Below, in pieces: positions 38,947 through 48,272 of a DNA stretch of 64,000 nt (positions are counted from its first letter, which is position 1; the number at the start of each line of letters is the position of its first letter). Source of the stretch: Gammaproteobacteria bacterium (GTDB lineage Bacteria; Pseudomonadota; Gammaproteobacteria; JBCCGL01); NCBI GenBank assembly GCA_965277715.1, contig OZ255836.1:1024001-1088000 (forward strand), in the 5' to 3' direction. The position numbers were made by a program, and so were the translations under genes. The notes under the pieces were generated by a model. It did not search any database and had not been told where the DNA came from. It was given only the letters and a program-made list of their open reading frames with translations.

Positions 38947-40022
38947 ATACCGCGTTGACTGACCGCCCACCCTCAGTGTCCCAACGTCTGGCTTGTAAGG
39001 TATTGGCATTGTCACGGTCACACGTCCGGGCCAAGCAAAGCCGCCGCCATTTCTGTGGCCCTCCCAAACCAGCAGGAACCGTGCGAATCACTTGCCATCA
39101 GCCACGCCAACTGAGTGAAGAAGAATGCTCTGTGGTATTGAATACGCTCAATAGTGAAGCGTTCTATGATCAACCACCGGCGCAGGTTTACCATACCTTG
39201 CTGAGTCGCCGTATTTACCTCTGCTCCATCAGCACCATGCACCGCCTGCTGCGTCAGTCCGATCAGTCGGGGGAACGCCGAAAACAGCGTCCTGGGCAAA
39301 CCAACGCAGTGCCAAGGCTTTCGGCCAGTCAGCCTAATGAGGTCTGGACATGGGATATTACAAAATTGGCCACCGTTAAGCGCGGCGTTTATTTATCGCT
39401 CTATGTGGTGATGGATTTATTCAGTCGCTACATCGTGGCCTGGATGCTTTCCCATAAAGAAAACAGTGCACTGGCACAGCAGCTCATTCAGGAGGCCAGT
39501 ACACGTTACGCGATTAGACCCAACCAGCTGACGCTGCATCAGGATCGAGGGGCACCGATGACCGCACATTGCTACCTTGACTTACTGGGCGAGTTGGCGG
39601 TCACCGCTAGCCACAGCAGACCCCGCGTGAGTAATGACAATCCTCATAGTGAAAGCCAATTTCGAACACTGAAGTATCAGCCTGACTACCCGCGTCGCTT
39701 TGATAGCTATAGCCATGCCAATGGATGGTGCACTGAGTATATTGATTGGTATAACCATCAGCACTGTCACAGTGCGTTGGAGGGCTTCACACCTTGTCAG
39801 GTGTTTACTGGGCAGTACATACCACTCAGTGAGGTTCGTCAGCAGGCACTCAATGAAAAGTATGTCCAACATGCAGAGCGATTTGTCAATCAGCGGCCTG
39901 TTGTCAGGATGCCGCCTGCGAAGGTCTACATTAATCCCGTGCGCGATGAACTGGGTAATATAGATCACGATGCACCCGTCAACTTCCCAACACTAAATCG
40001 GGCTAAATATATGGTAACTTGA
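38943..40022 (+). CDS. IS3-family transposase OrfB (DDE/rve)
   Basis: WTWDIT, DLFSR, HQDRG, NDNPHSES, WYN..H.HS. Confidence 0.9.
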   Translation: MNTALTDRPPSVSQRLACKVLALSRSHVRAKQSRRHFCGPPKPAGTVRITCHQPRQLSEEECSVVLNTLNSEAFYDQPPAQVYHTLLSRRIYLCSISTMHRLLRQSDQSGERRKQRPGQTNAVPRLSASQPNEVWTWDITKLATVKRGVYLSLYVVMDLFSRYIVAWMLSHKENSALAQQLIQEASTRYAIRPNQLTLHQDRGAPMTAHCYLDLLGELAVTASHSRPRVSNDNPHSESQFRTLKYQPDYPRRFDSYSHANGWCTEYIDWYNHQHCHSALEGFTPCQVFTGQYIPLSEVRQQALNEKYVQHAERFVNQRPVVRMPPAKVYINPVRDELGNIDHDAPVNFPTLNRAKYMVT

Positions 40023-40107
40023 GTAACTGTGGCTTGAAACAGGTTGACACCTTCCGATACCATAATGCTTAGTTGAGCTATTGTAGCCTATCGGCTACAA
40101 TAACCCT

Positions 40108-40413
40108 ATGGAATATGAAGTCGCTTCCACAGCCATTTTTAAAAAATGGCTAAAAAGCCTAAGAGACCGGCAGGCCGTTAGGGCTATTGCAATGCGTATC
40201 ACACGTGCCGAAACAGGTAACATGGGTGATGTGAGCAGCGTGGGTGGTGGTGTCAGTGAAATGCGAATTTTTGTAGGCAAAGGGTATCGGCTGTATTTTA
40301 CGATTCGCAAGCAAAAATTGATCATATTGCTGAACGGCGGCGATAAATCCAGCCGACAACAAGACATTGATCACGCAAAAAAATTGGTGGCGCAACTATT
40401 AGAGGTTAGGTAA
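40108..40413 (+). CDS. RelE/ParE-superfamily toxin (addiction module killer type)
   Basis: FKKWLKSLRD, GNMGD..VGGGVSEMRI..GKGYRLYF, GGDKS..Q..DI. Confidence 0.88.
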   Translation: MEYEVASTAIFKKWLKSLRDRQAVRAIAMRITRAETGNMGDVSSVGGGVSEMRIFVGKGYRLYFTIRKQKLIILLNGGDKSSRQQDIDHAKKLVAQLLEVR

Positions 40414-40694
40414 TGGCAATTAAAACGACAGCGTTTAATCCGGTTGATTTTTTTGAATCACCAGAAGAGATATCAGATTATCTGAACGACGCTTACCAAG
40501 ATGCAGACCCTGCTGTGTTTGTGGTGGCGCTGGGACATGTTGTGCGCTACAAGGGGGTTGCAACACTAGCTGAAAAGACTGGTTTAAATCGTGAAAGTTT
40601 GTATAAGGTGTTCAGCGGCAAAGCTCAGCCCAAGTGGGATACGCTTCACCGTTTACTGCACGCACTAGACGTGCGGGTAACGCTGGCAGTGTAG
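40413..40694 (+). CDS. Addiction module antidote (HTH antitoxin)
   Basis: ALGHVVR..G..LAEKTGLNRESLYK..S..P; overlaps the toxin stop. Confidence 0.88.
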   Translation: MAIKTTAFNPVDFFESPEEISDYLNDAYQDADPAVFVVALGHVVRYKGVATLAEKTGLNRESLYKVFSGKAQPKWDTLHRLLHALDVRVTLAV

Positions 40695-40820
40695 CGGGTT
40701 CAATTCCGCGATTCTAAGAGCTTGTCGGATTCAGGGCTGCTCTACTGCGGAAAAGCCGCCACTGTCATTTCATGCGTGGCGCAATTGCGTAACAACTCAC
40801 AAAACGCCTGGAAAGGCGCC

Positions 40821-42014
40821 CTACTCCATCGCCTCAACAGCCAACGCAATGCCCTGCCCGCCGCCAATGCACATTGTGGCAATCCCATAACGCTTACCCG
40901 TGCGCCGCAGTTCGTGCAGCAGCTTCACGGTAATCACCGCCCCTGTCGCGCCTATCGGGTGCCCCAGAGCAACCGCACCACCGTTTGGATTGACTTTCTC
41001 AGCCGGTAAGCCCAAAGCTTTACTCACGGCACATGCCTGCGCGGCAAACGCTTCGTTGGATTCGACAATATCAATATCGGCAACGCTAAGCCCCGTGCGT
41101 TGCAGCAATAACTGCACAGCCGGTACCGGACCAATCCCCATTTCAGACGGTTCCACCCCGGCGTGCGCATAGCCAAGAATACGCGCCATAGGTTGACAAC
41201 CACGCTGTTCTGCCAGTGCACGATCCATCAACACCAACGCCGCAGCACCATCATTCAGGCCAGAGGCATTGCCCGCCGTCACAGTGCCGTTTTCTTTTTG
41301 AAAGGCCGGGCGCAACTTTACCAAGTCATCGATAGTCGCGTTTTCACGCACATGCTCGTCTTGTTTGAACACACTCACCTGGCCACGGCGTTTCAGCTCC
41401 ACCGGCATAATTTGTGTTTCAAACCAACCTTGCTGGATGGCATTAGCCGCCCGGCGGTGACTTTCCAGCGCAAACTCATCCTGCTGTTCCCGGCTAATAC
41501 CCCATTTTTTCGCCACATTTTCAGCGGTGATCCCCATATGCCCATGGCCAAAGGGGTCGTGCAGGGCCGCCATCATCATATCCACGGCAGTACTATCGCC
41601 GAGACGTTGGCCCCAACGCATAGCCGGTAACAAATGGCCTGCTCGGCTCATGTTCTCGGCGCCACCGGCAAGTGCCACTTTTGCATCACCGAGCATAATC
41701 GCCTGCGCAGCGGAGACAATCGCCTGAATACCGCTCCCACACAAACGATTAACCGTTAGCGCGGGCGTCTCTTTGGGAATGCCTGCATTGATTGCTGCAA
41801 CGCGTGAGATATACATATCACGCGCCTCGGTGTGGATCACATTACCCAATACCACATGGCCCACGGCTTCAGGCTCTACTTCTGCGCGTTTTAATGCCTC
41901 ACTACACACCAATTGTCCCAACTCACAAGGTGATTTGTCTTTCAGGCTACCACCAAAACCGCCCACCGCCGTGCGTACGCCATTGACAATTACCACTTCA
42001 TTAATGCTGGACAT
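40821..42014 (-). CDS. Acetyl-CoA C-acyltransferase (beta-ketothiolase, BktB-like)
   Basis: NRLCGSG, NEAFA, GHPIGATG, CIGGGQG. Confidence 0.93.
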   Translation of the reverse strand: MSSINEVVIVNGVRTAVGGFGGSLKDKSPCELGQLVCSEALKRAEVEPEAVGHVVLGNVIHTEARDMYISRVAAINAGIPKETPALTVNRLCGSGIQAIVSAAQAIMLGDAKVALAGGAENMSRAGHLLPAMRWGQRLGDSTAVDMMMAALHDPFGHGHMGITAENVAKKWGISREQQDEFALESHRRAANAIQQGWFETQIMPVELKRRGQVSVFKQDEHVRENATIDDLVKLRPAFQKENGTVTAGNASGLNDGAAALVLMDRALAEQRGCQPMARILGYAHAGVEPSEMGIGPVPAVQLLLQRTGLSVADIDIVESNEAFAAQACAVSKALGLPAEKVNPNGGAVALGHPIGATGAVITVKLLHELRRTGKRYGIATMCIGGGQGIALAVEAME

Positions 42015-42143
42015 AGAGTATTTTCCTGTGATCGAAAGAGGGAAGTAAGTTGAGTCAACAGAAGCATCATTAGCCTAGAAACAACTTAGCAGATAAATCT
42101 GCCGTAAATTATAATCATTATTTTTAGCAAATCGAAGGTCATT

Positions 42144-42905
42144 ATGCCGCTACTCAACTACACACGTGCCGGTGAAGGTTTCCCTCTGGTACTACAGCAC
42201 GGCTACTTTGGCGGTGCGTCGATGTGGGGCGAACAAATGGATTACTTCAAATTCCAATTTGATGTCATAGCGCCGAACCTGGCCGGGTTTGGCGACAGCG
42301 CTGCACTACAGGCACCCGATTCAATCCCCGACTGTGCCCAACAGGTATTTGACTTGCTCGACTCGCTGGGTATCGAACAATTCTTTCTACTGGGCCATTC
42401 GATGGGCGGCATGGTTGTACAACAGATGGCTGCCATGCAGTGTCAACGCATCAAAAAACTGATTTGTTACGGGACAGGCCCGGTCGGTGTACTGCCTGAT
42501 CGCTTTGAAACACTCGATGAATCACGCCGACGCCTACACACCGATGGGCTGGAAACCAGCGCCCGGAGAATCGCCGCAACCTGGTTTGTCGAAGGAGAAA
42601 ATGCACGTGGCTTTCCCGTTTGTGAAACAGTGGGTAAAAAAGCCACGATGCAGGCGGCGCTGGCCAGCCTGAGTGCCTGGGAAAAATGGAACGGCAGTGA
42701 CGCTTTAGCGACGATCAGCTGCCCAGCCCTGGTGTTATGGGGAGACCGTGACCGCTCTTATGGCTGGCAACAACCGCAGGCGCTTTGGCAGGGTATTCCC
42801 GATAGCTACCTGGCGGTAATGCCGGGGTGTGCGCATAACGCACATATGGAAAAACCAGCACTGTTTAATGCTATTGTTAAGGATTTTTTAAAACCAGCAG
42901 ACTAA
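42144..42905 (+). CDS. Alpha/beta fold hydrolase
   Basis: HG oxyanion motif, GHSMGG nucleophile elbow, GDRD, AHNAH. Confidence 0.88.
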   Translation: MPLLNYTRAGEGFPLVLQHGYFGGASMWGEQMDYFKFQFDVIAPNLAGFGDSAALQAPDSIPDCAQQVFDLLDSLGIEQFFLLGHSMGGMVVQQMAAMQCQRIKKLICYGTGPVGVLPDRFETLDESRRRLHTDGLETSARRIAATWFVEGENARGFPVCETVGKKATMQAALASLSAWEKWNGSDALATISCPALVLWGDRDRSYGWQQPQALWQGIPDSYLAVMPGCAHNAHMEKPALFNAIVKDFLKPAD

Positions 42906-43199
42906 GCAAATCTTTAGATCTAAATCATGTAGCGAGATCCACTTAAATAGCAAGCAAGTGATAAAACCTCATTTGCTAAATTATTAATTAGGCAAATATA
43001 GGCATGTCGTCACTTGAAACACAGAGTCTAGTACCTGGCGTTGAGAAATTATTCAGAGGTATACTTAACCCATCTTTGACACTCATTCTTAAAAATTTAA
43101 ATTACAACAATGAGTTAAATTTTTTTGTTCAGTCAATTAACATTTGTACCACCCTCCCAGGTTTGTTGATATTTCCAACCCATCACTCTCGCAACGGGC

Positions 43200-43670
43200 A
43201 GGCTCAATTCTTTCTACTGCCAAATGGCTCAGGAAGTGTTCAAGATATCCTGTTTCAAGCTGGTTAATGGATTTATCCAGATGCTGACTGAAAAAACGCT
43301 TGGCCCAATGTATATAAGACAGCTCCGTGCGAATGGCGTATTGCCGCGTGCGGATCAAAGTACGCATTGCATCGAGTGTTTCTCCATTAAGGGCATGCAC
43401 CGCAGTATTATGTATCGGCCTTGGTTTTTCCCTGGGTAATTTCCCAGGGTAATTTCCCTGGGTAGCTTCCCTGGAGACTCGGGCAATAGACAGATGATCA
43501 ACCGGCAGATCGCGCACAGTATTTTTCCAACTATCCCAGTTGAATAAACTGCTCCAATCGAGTTTGACGACATCCACCAGCATAATTTCTATTGCGTGTA
43601 ATAGCTGCGCATATTGCCAGTCCAGCATCCAACTCTGGCGGCCTGTTCCCCGTAAGTAGCCCGTTAGTTC
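43200..43670 (-). pseudogene. intI: Truncated integron integrase (N-terminal part only)
   Basis: ELTGYL..GRQ..LDWQYAQL extension and LDAMRTLIRTRQYAIRTELSYIHWAKRF...FLSHLAVER. Similarity stops there and no catalytic domain follows. Confidence 0.8.
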
Positions 43671-43752
43671 GCTTCATTGATCTTGCTTCGTGCTGTGGCT
43701 ACTGATTTTGTAGATATTCAAAAGACTAGACAGATTCTGTATAGTCCTTTAA

Positions 43753-43873
43753 CCTAAATTCCGCAGTTGAATCGTAGCGAGGGCGTCTAGGGTGCTGAAG
43801 CTGAAATGCTGGTAAAAGCGCTTTAGATTCTGTGCATCAGGTGCTCGCAGTAGATTCAACTGCGGAATTTAGG
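43753..43873. mobile_element. MITE (121 bp) with 21-bp perfect terminal inverted repeats, flanked by TTAA
   Basis: TTAA|CCTAAATTCCGCAGTTGAATC...GATTCAACTGCGGAATTTAGG|TTAA; partial second copy at 5615-5692. Confidence 0.85.
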
Positions 43874-43884
43874 TTAACGTCGTG

Positions 43885-43907
43885 TTCTGTATAGTCAACT
43901 GTTATAT
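43885..43907 (+). other. Putative attI core / cassette boundary (G|TTATAT)
   Basis: GTTATAT at 43901, upstream of the cassette ORF and divergent from intI; near-complement of the attC inverse core ACATAAC. Confidence 0.5.
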
Positions 43908-43955
43908 TTCAGTGTCTCCCATAACTTGTGAGAGTTTTTAAACTCAGGAGTAGTA

Positions 43956-44501
43956 ATGAAGAAAGTAAGTATAATTTTATGTTTTTTAATGTTGAGTGCA
44001 TGTTCATCTCTTAAAGTGGCAAAAGTCGATCCAAAAACAGGGTATTTCCCAAGTGAAACCAAAGCAACAGTTGTTGTAAACAAAGCAGTGGACTTAGACC
44101 AACGAAATTCATTAATTTTAGTCGCGAACTCCGATTTCGAAGAAAATCAAATTCGGAATATAAACTATTTTAAAGAAGTCATTACTTTTGAGGATCTCGA
44201 AGCAATAATTGTCAGAAATGATTTAGGTGATAAAGTACCATCTATTAAAGATCGTATTGGAATTAATAATGCAGCGAAGCACTATAAACCGTTCTTATGG
44301 TTTAGATTTGATACAAGAGGTTCAGGTAACGACGAGTATGCTCAGTTTATTCTTACCGATCCATTAACGTTAGAGGACTATTTTGTAACTGAAACTCACT
44401 TAGATCGCATTTGGTCAGGTGTAAATGACCAGAGCAACTGGTATCCGATGTATAATTCTTTTATTGATTACATTAAAGAGCATTCCAAATCGTATAAGTA
44501 A
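43956..44501 (+). CDS. AT-rich lipoprotein, integron cassette gene
   Basis: MKK signal plus LSAC lipobox, AGGAG RBS, immediately followed by attC. Confidence 0.8.
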   Translation: MKKVSIILCFLMLSACSSLKVAKVDPKTGYFPSETKATVVVNKAVDLDQRNSLILVANSDFEENQIRNINYFKEVITFEDLEAIIVRNDLGDKVPSIKDRIGINNAAKHYKPFLWFRFDTRGSGNDEYAQFILTDPLTLEDYFVTETHLDRIWSGVNDQSNWYPMYNSFIDYIKEHSKSYK

Positions 44502-44504
44502 AAA

Positions 44505-44558
44505 ACATAACAAATAAGGATAAGTTGTGCGCAGCCGCGCCTTATTCTATTGTTGAAC
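44505..44558 (+). other. attC recombination site
   Basis: ACATAAC-N5-AGGATAAG...CTTATTCT-ATT-GTTGAAC, starting 3 nt after the stop codon. Confidence 0.7.
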
Positions 44559-44953
44559 GAACCTGTTCAAACCGATGTTGACTTTCTTAATAAGGAAACA
44601 AATACCGTTTTTTTCAGTGGGACGACAACATGATGTATTGTTGTCGTTTTTACAAGGCGAACGTAGGCCTCGTCCGTTGTAGCGATTTAAAAAAATCGTG
44701 TTAACTCATACGATTCACTGCCCTGCAAAGTGTGCTGTAAAAGTAAATAAATGAACACTTCACCGCGCAGTATTCGGATAGTCAAGGCGATATTCGGGTC
44801 GAAAAAAAGGGGATTGGGTAATCCGCATGGAGTGATACCGGTAGAGCTGGAGGCTGCGTTTATATGAAAGCACTTCGGTGGATAAAATGCCTGACAACTT
44901 TTGCTTGCGAACTTAGTTATGATAACGATATTAGCTGATCAGAGCATAGCGAT

Positions 44954-45211
44954 ATGGCACAAGCACTACAGGCGAGCGTAAGCTTTGATGAGTATTTAGC
45001 CGGTGAGCGTGACGTTGATTCGCGTAGTGAATACACTGGTGGTGAAGTCTACGCAATGGCTGGGACCAGTGAACGACATAATACAATCGCTGGTGATTTT
45101 GTCGAGGTGTTATCTCAATCGACCCGGCGCACTGATTTGAAGGACATGCTTAATTATATTCAAACGAACATAAACCTGTTTAAACACATCACTCAGAAAG
45201 CCACCAGATAG
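44954..45211 (+). pseudogene. Uma2-family endonuclease remnant (internal deletion, truncated)
   Basis: EYLAGE..SEY.GGEVYAMAG.S..HN.I is joined directly to VEVLSQSTRRTD; the PD-containing core and C-terminus are missing. Confidence 0.75.
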
Positions 45212-45395
45212 ATCACACTTCATCCTATTAATCGCTGAAGAAAAGCTACTGACACAGCTACAACCAAACATATCAACGGTCACTTTCAACGGCATACCAC
45301 CCCGTTGCGGACCGCAGTATGCGGTCACTTTGCGGGGGCGGTTCGCTCGTTGCCTTCCCTATTGGCGGGTCAGTATATCGCTTGCGTCAACTTCA

Positions 45396-45821
45396 TTAGC
45401 TTAAAATTTCTTTCAGTTTATCTAAAATATTGCACCAACCACTTTCATGATTACCTCTACTCTCTTCGTCAATAAATTTGACATGAGTAAGTTCAACGTT
45501 GGTTTTATTTTCACCTAAAGCGTGAAAAACCAAGGTAACCGTGCTGCCATCTGTTGAAAATGGAGACACCCAGGTAAATACTAATTTATTTGGTCGGCTA
45601 ACTTCCAGATACTTACCCGTATGCGGTATTTTGTTTTCGCCGACTTGCATGATGATCGTAAAATTTCCGCCTTCACAAGCATCGGCTTCGATATGGGGTT
45701 GCGGCATACCTGGCATCGGTAGTATAAATTGCGACAGAAGTGCTGGGTTTAACCACGCATCAAATACTTTTTCGATAGGCGCATTAATCGTTTTTTTTAC
45801 ATTTACAGTTAAATCAGTCAT
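45396..45821 (-). CDS. SRPBCC/AHSA1 domain protein
   Basis: INAPIEKVFDAW, G.YLEV.RP.KLVFTW, H..GW. Confidence 0.88.
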   Translation of the reverse strand: MTDLTVNVKKTINAPIEKVFDAWLNPALLSQFILPMPGMPQPHIEADACEGGNFTIIMQVGENKIPHTGKYLEVSRPNKLVFTWVSPFSTDGSTVTLVFHALGENKTNVELTHVKFIDEESRGNHESGWCNILDKLKEILS

Positions 45822-46161
45822 TCTTTATATCTCTCTGATTCAAAACATCATCCAGTCTTTCTAAGCGTAATGCCCAAATCGATTTTAGTTCTCTGAACCA
45901 ATTACTAACCAAATTAACATGTTCCAGGTTTGCTTCAATCCAATGGGTTCTACCTTTTGTCTTTCTTGTTACCAGTTCCGCTTTTTCGAGAACCTTTATA
46001 TGCTTGGATATTGCGTTTAGTGACATATCATAATAATTGGCTAAGTCTGTTACACGGCTGGGGCCTTGTTGGCAGATCTGCGTTAAGAGAGAACGACGTG
46101 TTGTATCGCTCACAGCCTTTAACAATTCAGAAAGGAATACATCATTCGCATTTTCCACCAT
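45814..46161 (-). CDS. ArsR/SmtB family transcriptional regulator
   Basis: KAVSDTTRRSLL, AISKHIKVLEKAELV.R...GR. Confidence 0.88.
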   Translation of the reverse strand: MVENANDVFLSELLKAVSDTTRRSLLTQICQQGPSRVTDLANYYDMSLNAISKHIKVLEKAELVTRKTKGRTHWIEANLEHVNLVSNWFRELKSIWALRLERLDDVLNQRDIKND

Positions 46162-46192
46162 ATTGCTCAGTATAATTGTTACTCAATTATAG

Positions 46193-46208
46193 TCAACCAT
46201 TTGGTTGA
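46193..46208. promoter_or_regulatory. Palindromic operator, likely bound by the ArsR regulator
   Basis: TCAACCA-TT-TGGTTGA about 30 nt upstream of the arsR start. Confidence 0.65.
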
Positions 46209-46325
46209 ATGTTGTTATAAAAACTGTATTAAAAAAATTATGGGTAAGTACCAGATAGCAGTGTACGGTGCACCTCTCTATTTATTTGCCTGTAAATAGT
46301 TTTATAGAAATCATTTAGTTATCGA

Positions 46326-46982
46326 TTAAAACAAGCGGGATTCAGGTCTAGCCGGTTTAAAAGGTATCTGTGCAGCCCGTTTGGGCACTTGCCCGGCGGT
46401 CGGCCTGAAACCAACCACACCGCAAACCGATGCAGGCGAACGCAATGAACCACCGAGGTCACTGCCATCGACCATTGGCACCAGGTTTGCTGCCAATGCA
46501 GCAGCAGCGCCACCAGAGCTACCTGTTACCGTTTTTGTAGTATCCAGCGGGTTTTTGGTAATGCCAAAAACCGGGTTATCGGTTTGTGCGCCCGAGGCAA
46601 ATTCGGGCGTATTCGATTTGCCAATAACAATAGCCCCCACTCGCCGCGCTCGCTCGACGTGTAGTGCATCCTGTTGTGGGATATGATTTTCAAACAATAG
46701 CGAGCCAAAGGTCGTGCGCACCCCTGCAGTGGGCAAAGTATCTTTTACCGCATACGGCAGGCCATGAAGTACACCGAGTGGCGTATTAGCGGTCGATTGC
46801 CGGTCTGCGCGCCTGGCCTCATCAAACGCACGATCGAGGCATAATGTTACAAGTGCATTGCTATCCGCATTCGCTGCGTCGATGCGCTGCGCATGGGCAT
46901 CCAGCACTTCGACTGCACCAACATCACGGGTACGTAGCTTCGCCACCAGTTGAGAGGCGTTAAGTTGAACAAGCTCATTCAT
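46326..46982 (-). pseudogene. Amidase, C-terminally truncated
   Basis: Signature motifs (KD, GKSNTPEF, GSSGG, GSDLGGSLR) are present, but it is only 218 aa and ends where the AT-rich region starts. Confidence 0.8.
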
Positions 46983-47066
46983 CGACGGAGGAAATGAAGG
47001 ATAGACATCAAATAATTGGCAGCCAGCCCTACTCTCTTTAATGGGTGAAAGCCTTGATGTTAGTCA

Positions 47067-48272
47067 TTAGTCATCTTTAAGGTTTTTCAGGTGCGGATCA
47101 ATCGCATCACGCAAAGCATCACCGATCAGGTTATAGGCAAATACTGTGAGAAAAATAGCACCGCCGGGAAACAGGGCCATCCACCAATAAAATGTCGATG
47201 ACTGCACAGCCTGGCTAAGCATTTGCCCCCAGGAGGGATCATCGATAAGTCCCAACCCCAAAAAACTCAGCGTGGTCTCGGCCAGGATGGCGGAGGCGAC
47301 ACCAAAGCTGCACGCCACCAGTACCGGAGCAATACCGTTTGGCAGCATATGGCGGAATAAGATCGAATGCAACGGCAGACCGCAGACAATCGCCGCCTGT
47401 ACAAACTCCTGTTGGCGCAGGCGCAGAAACTCGGCACGCACGTAGCGCGCATACCCCGGCCAACTGGTGATGCCAATAATCACCATCATCAAATACAGAC
47501 TGCGACCAAAAAATGCGACAAAAGTAAGCAGTAAAAACAACGTGGGAATCGCCTCAAACATTTCAACCAAACGCATACCGAACATATCCAGTACACCGGA
47601 AAAATACCCCATCAAACCACCGATAAGAATACCCAATAACATAGCGATACCCGTGGCGACAAAGCCGATTCCCAGCGCAATGCGCGAGGCGTGAATCATC
47701 CGCGATAAACTGTCGGCACCGTTTTCATCGGTGCCCAGCCAATGTACGCGCTGGGCGTTTTGTAGAGGCGCTTGTAGACCGGTATCCCCGGCATCACGCA
47801 GGTAGTCTTTGGGGGAATACGGGATCGGCGCCTGTAGCACAAATTCATAGCGATCAGACTTAATTGCCTCCCGGTATTGCTGGTAAACAGTCAGTTGTGG
47901 TGGGTCGAGAAAAATACTCCCTATTACGGCACTGGATAATGTCACACCGACCAACCATAAACAGCGTGTACGCCAATGTGAAACACAAAAACAAACCGCC
48001 ACCAGGGTGATAAAGGCACTGAGCAAAGCCACGTCGGGCGTGGATAAGAAATGTAAGACCGGGCTGCTCCACTCACCGTTTTCACGCACCAGTAATGGGT
48101 GGCTGCTGGCCAGAAAGGGGGCGAACACAGCCACCACCACCAGGGATAAAATCCAGGCCAGGCCAAGCCTGGCTCCCCAGCGTGAAAACGATCGGCGCAC
48201 CACGCTATCCGCCCGACTATCGACTGGCCTGGCCGGTGTTTGTGGATGGTTTGAAATGGGAACGTCAGTCAT
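47067..48272 (-). CDS. Peptide ABC transporter permease (OppC/DppC)
   Basis: HWLGTD, ARYVRAE, RHMLPN, LSFLGLG, GDALRDA.DP. Confidence 0.9.
   Translation of the reverse strand: MTDVPISNHPQTPARPVDSRADSVVRRSFSRWGARLGLAWILSLVVVAVFAPFLASSHPLLVRENGEWSSPVLHFLSTPDVALLSAFITLVAVCFCVSHWRTRCLWLVGVTLSSAVIGSIFLDPPQLTVYQQYREAIKSDRYEFVLQAPIPYSPKDYLRDAGDTGLQAPLQNAQRVHWLGTDENGADSLSRMIHASRIALGIGFVATGIAMLLGILIGGLMGYFSGVLDMFGMRLVEMFEAIPTLFLLLTFVAFFGRSLYLMMVIIGITSWPGYARYVRAEFLRLRQQEFVQAAIVCGLPLHSILFRHMLPNGIAPVLVACSFGVASAILAETTLSFLGLGLIDDPSWGQMLSQAVQSSTFYWWMALFPGGAIFLTVFAYNLIGDALRDAIDPHLKNLKDD

Larger units (their letters stand above)
38454..40056 (+). mobile_element. IS3-family insertion sequence with ATAC target duplication
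   Basis: Inverted repeats TGTCAACCT..TCAAGCCA..AAGTTA at 38461 and ending at 40049; ATAC at 38450-38453 and 40057-40060. Confidence 0.88.

Noticed and set aside
43004-43267. 87-aa ORF in the AT-rich patch beside the intI fragment
   Set aside because: No motif or clear RBS, and it overlaps the intI remnant; possibly gene debris, but not supportable
45290-45330. Resemblance to group II intron domain V
   Set aside because: Poor fit to the catalytic triad and bulge, no domain VI or RT remnant; an attC-like fold explains it better
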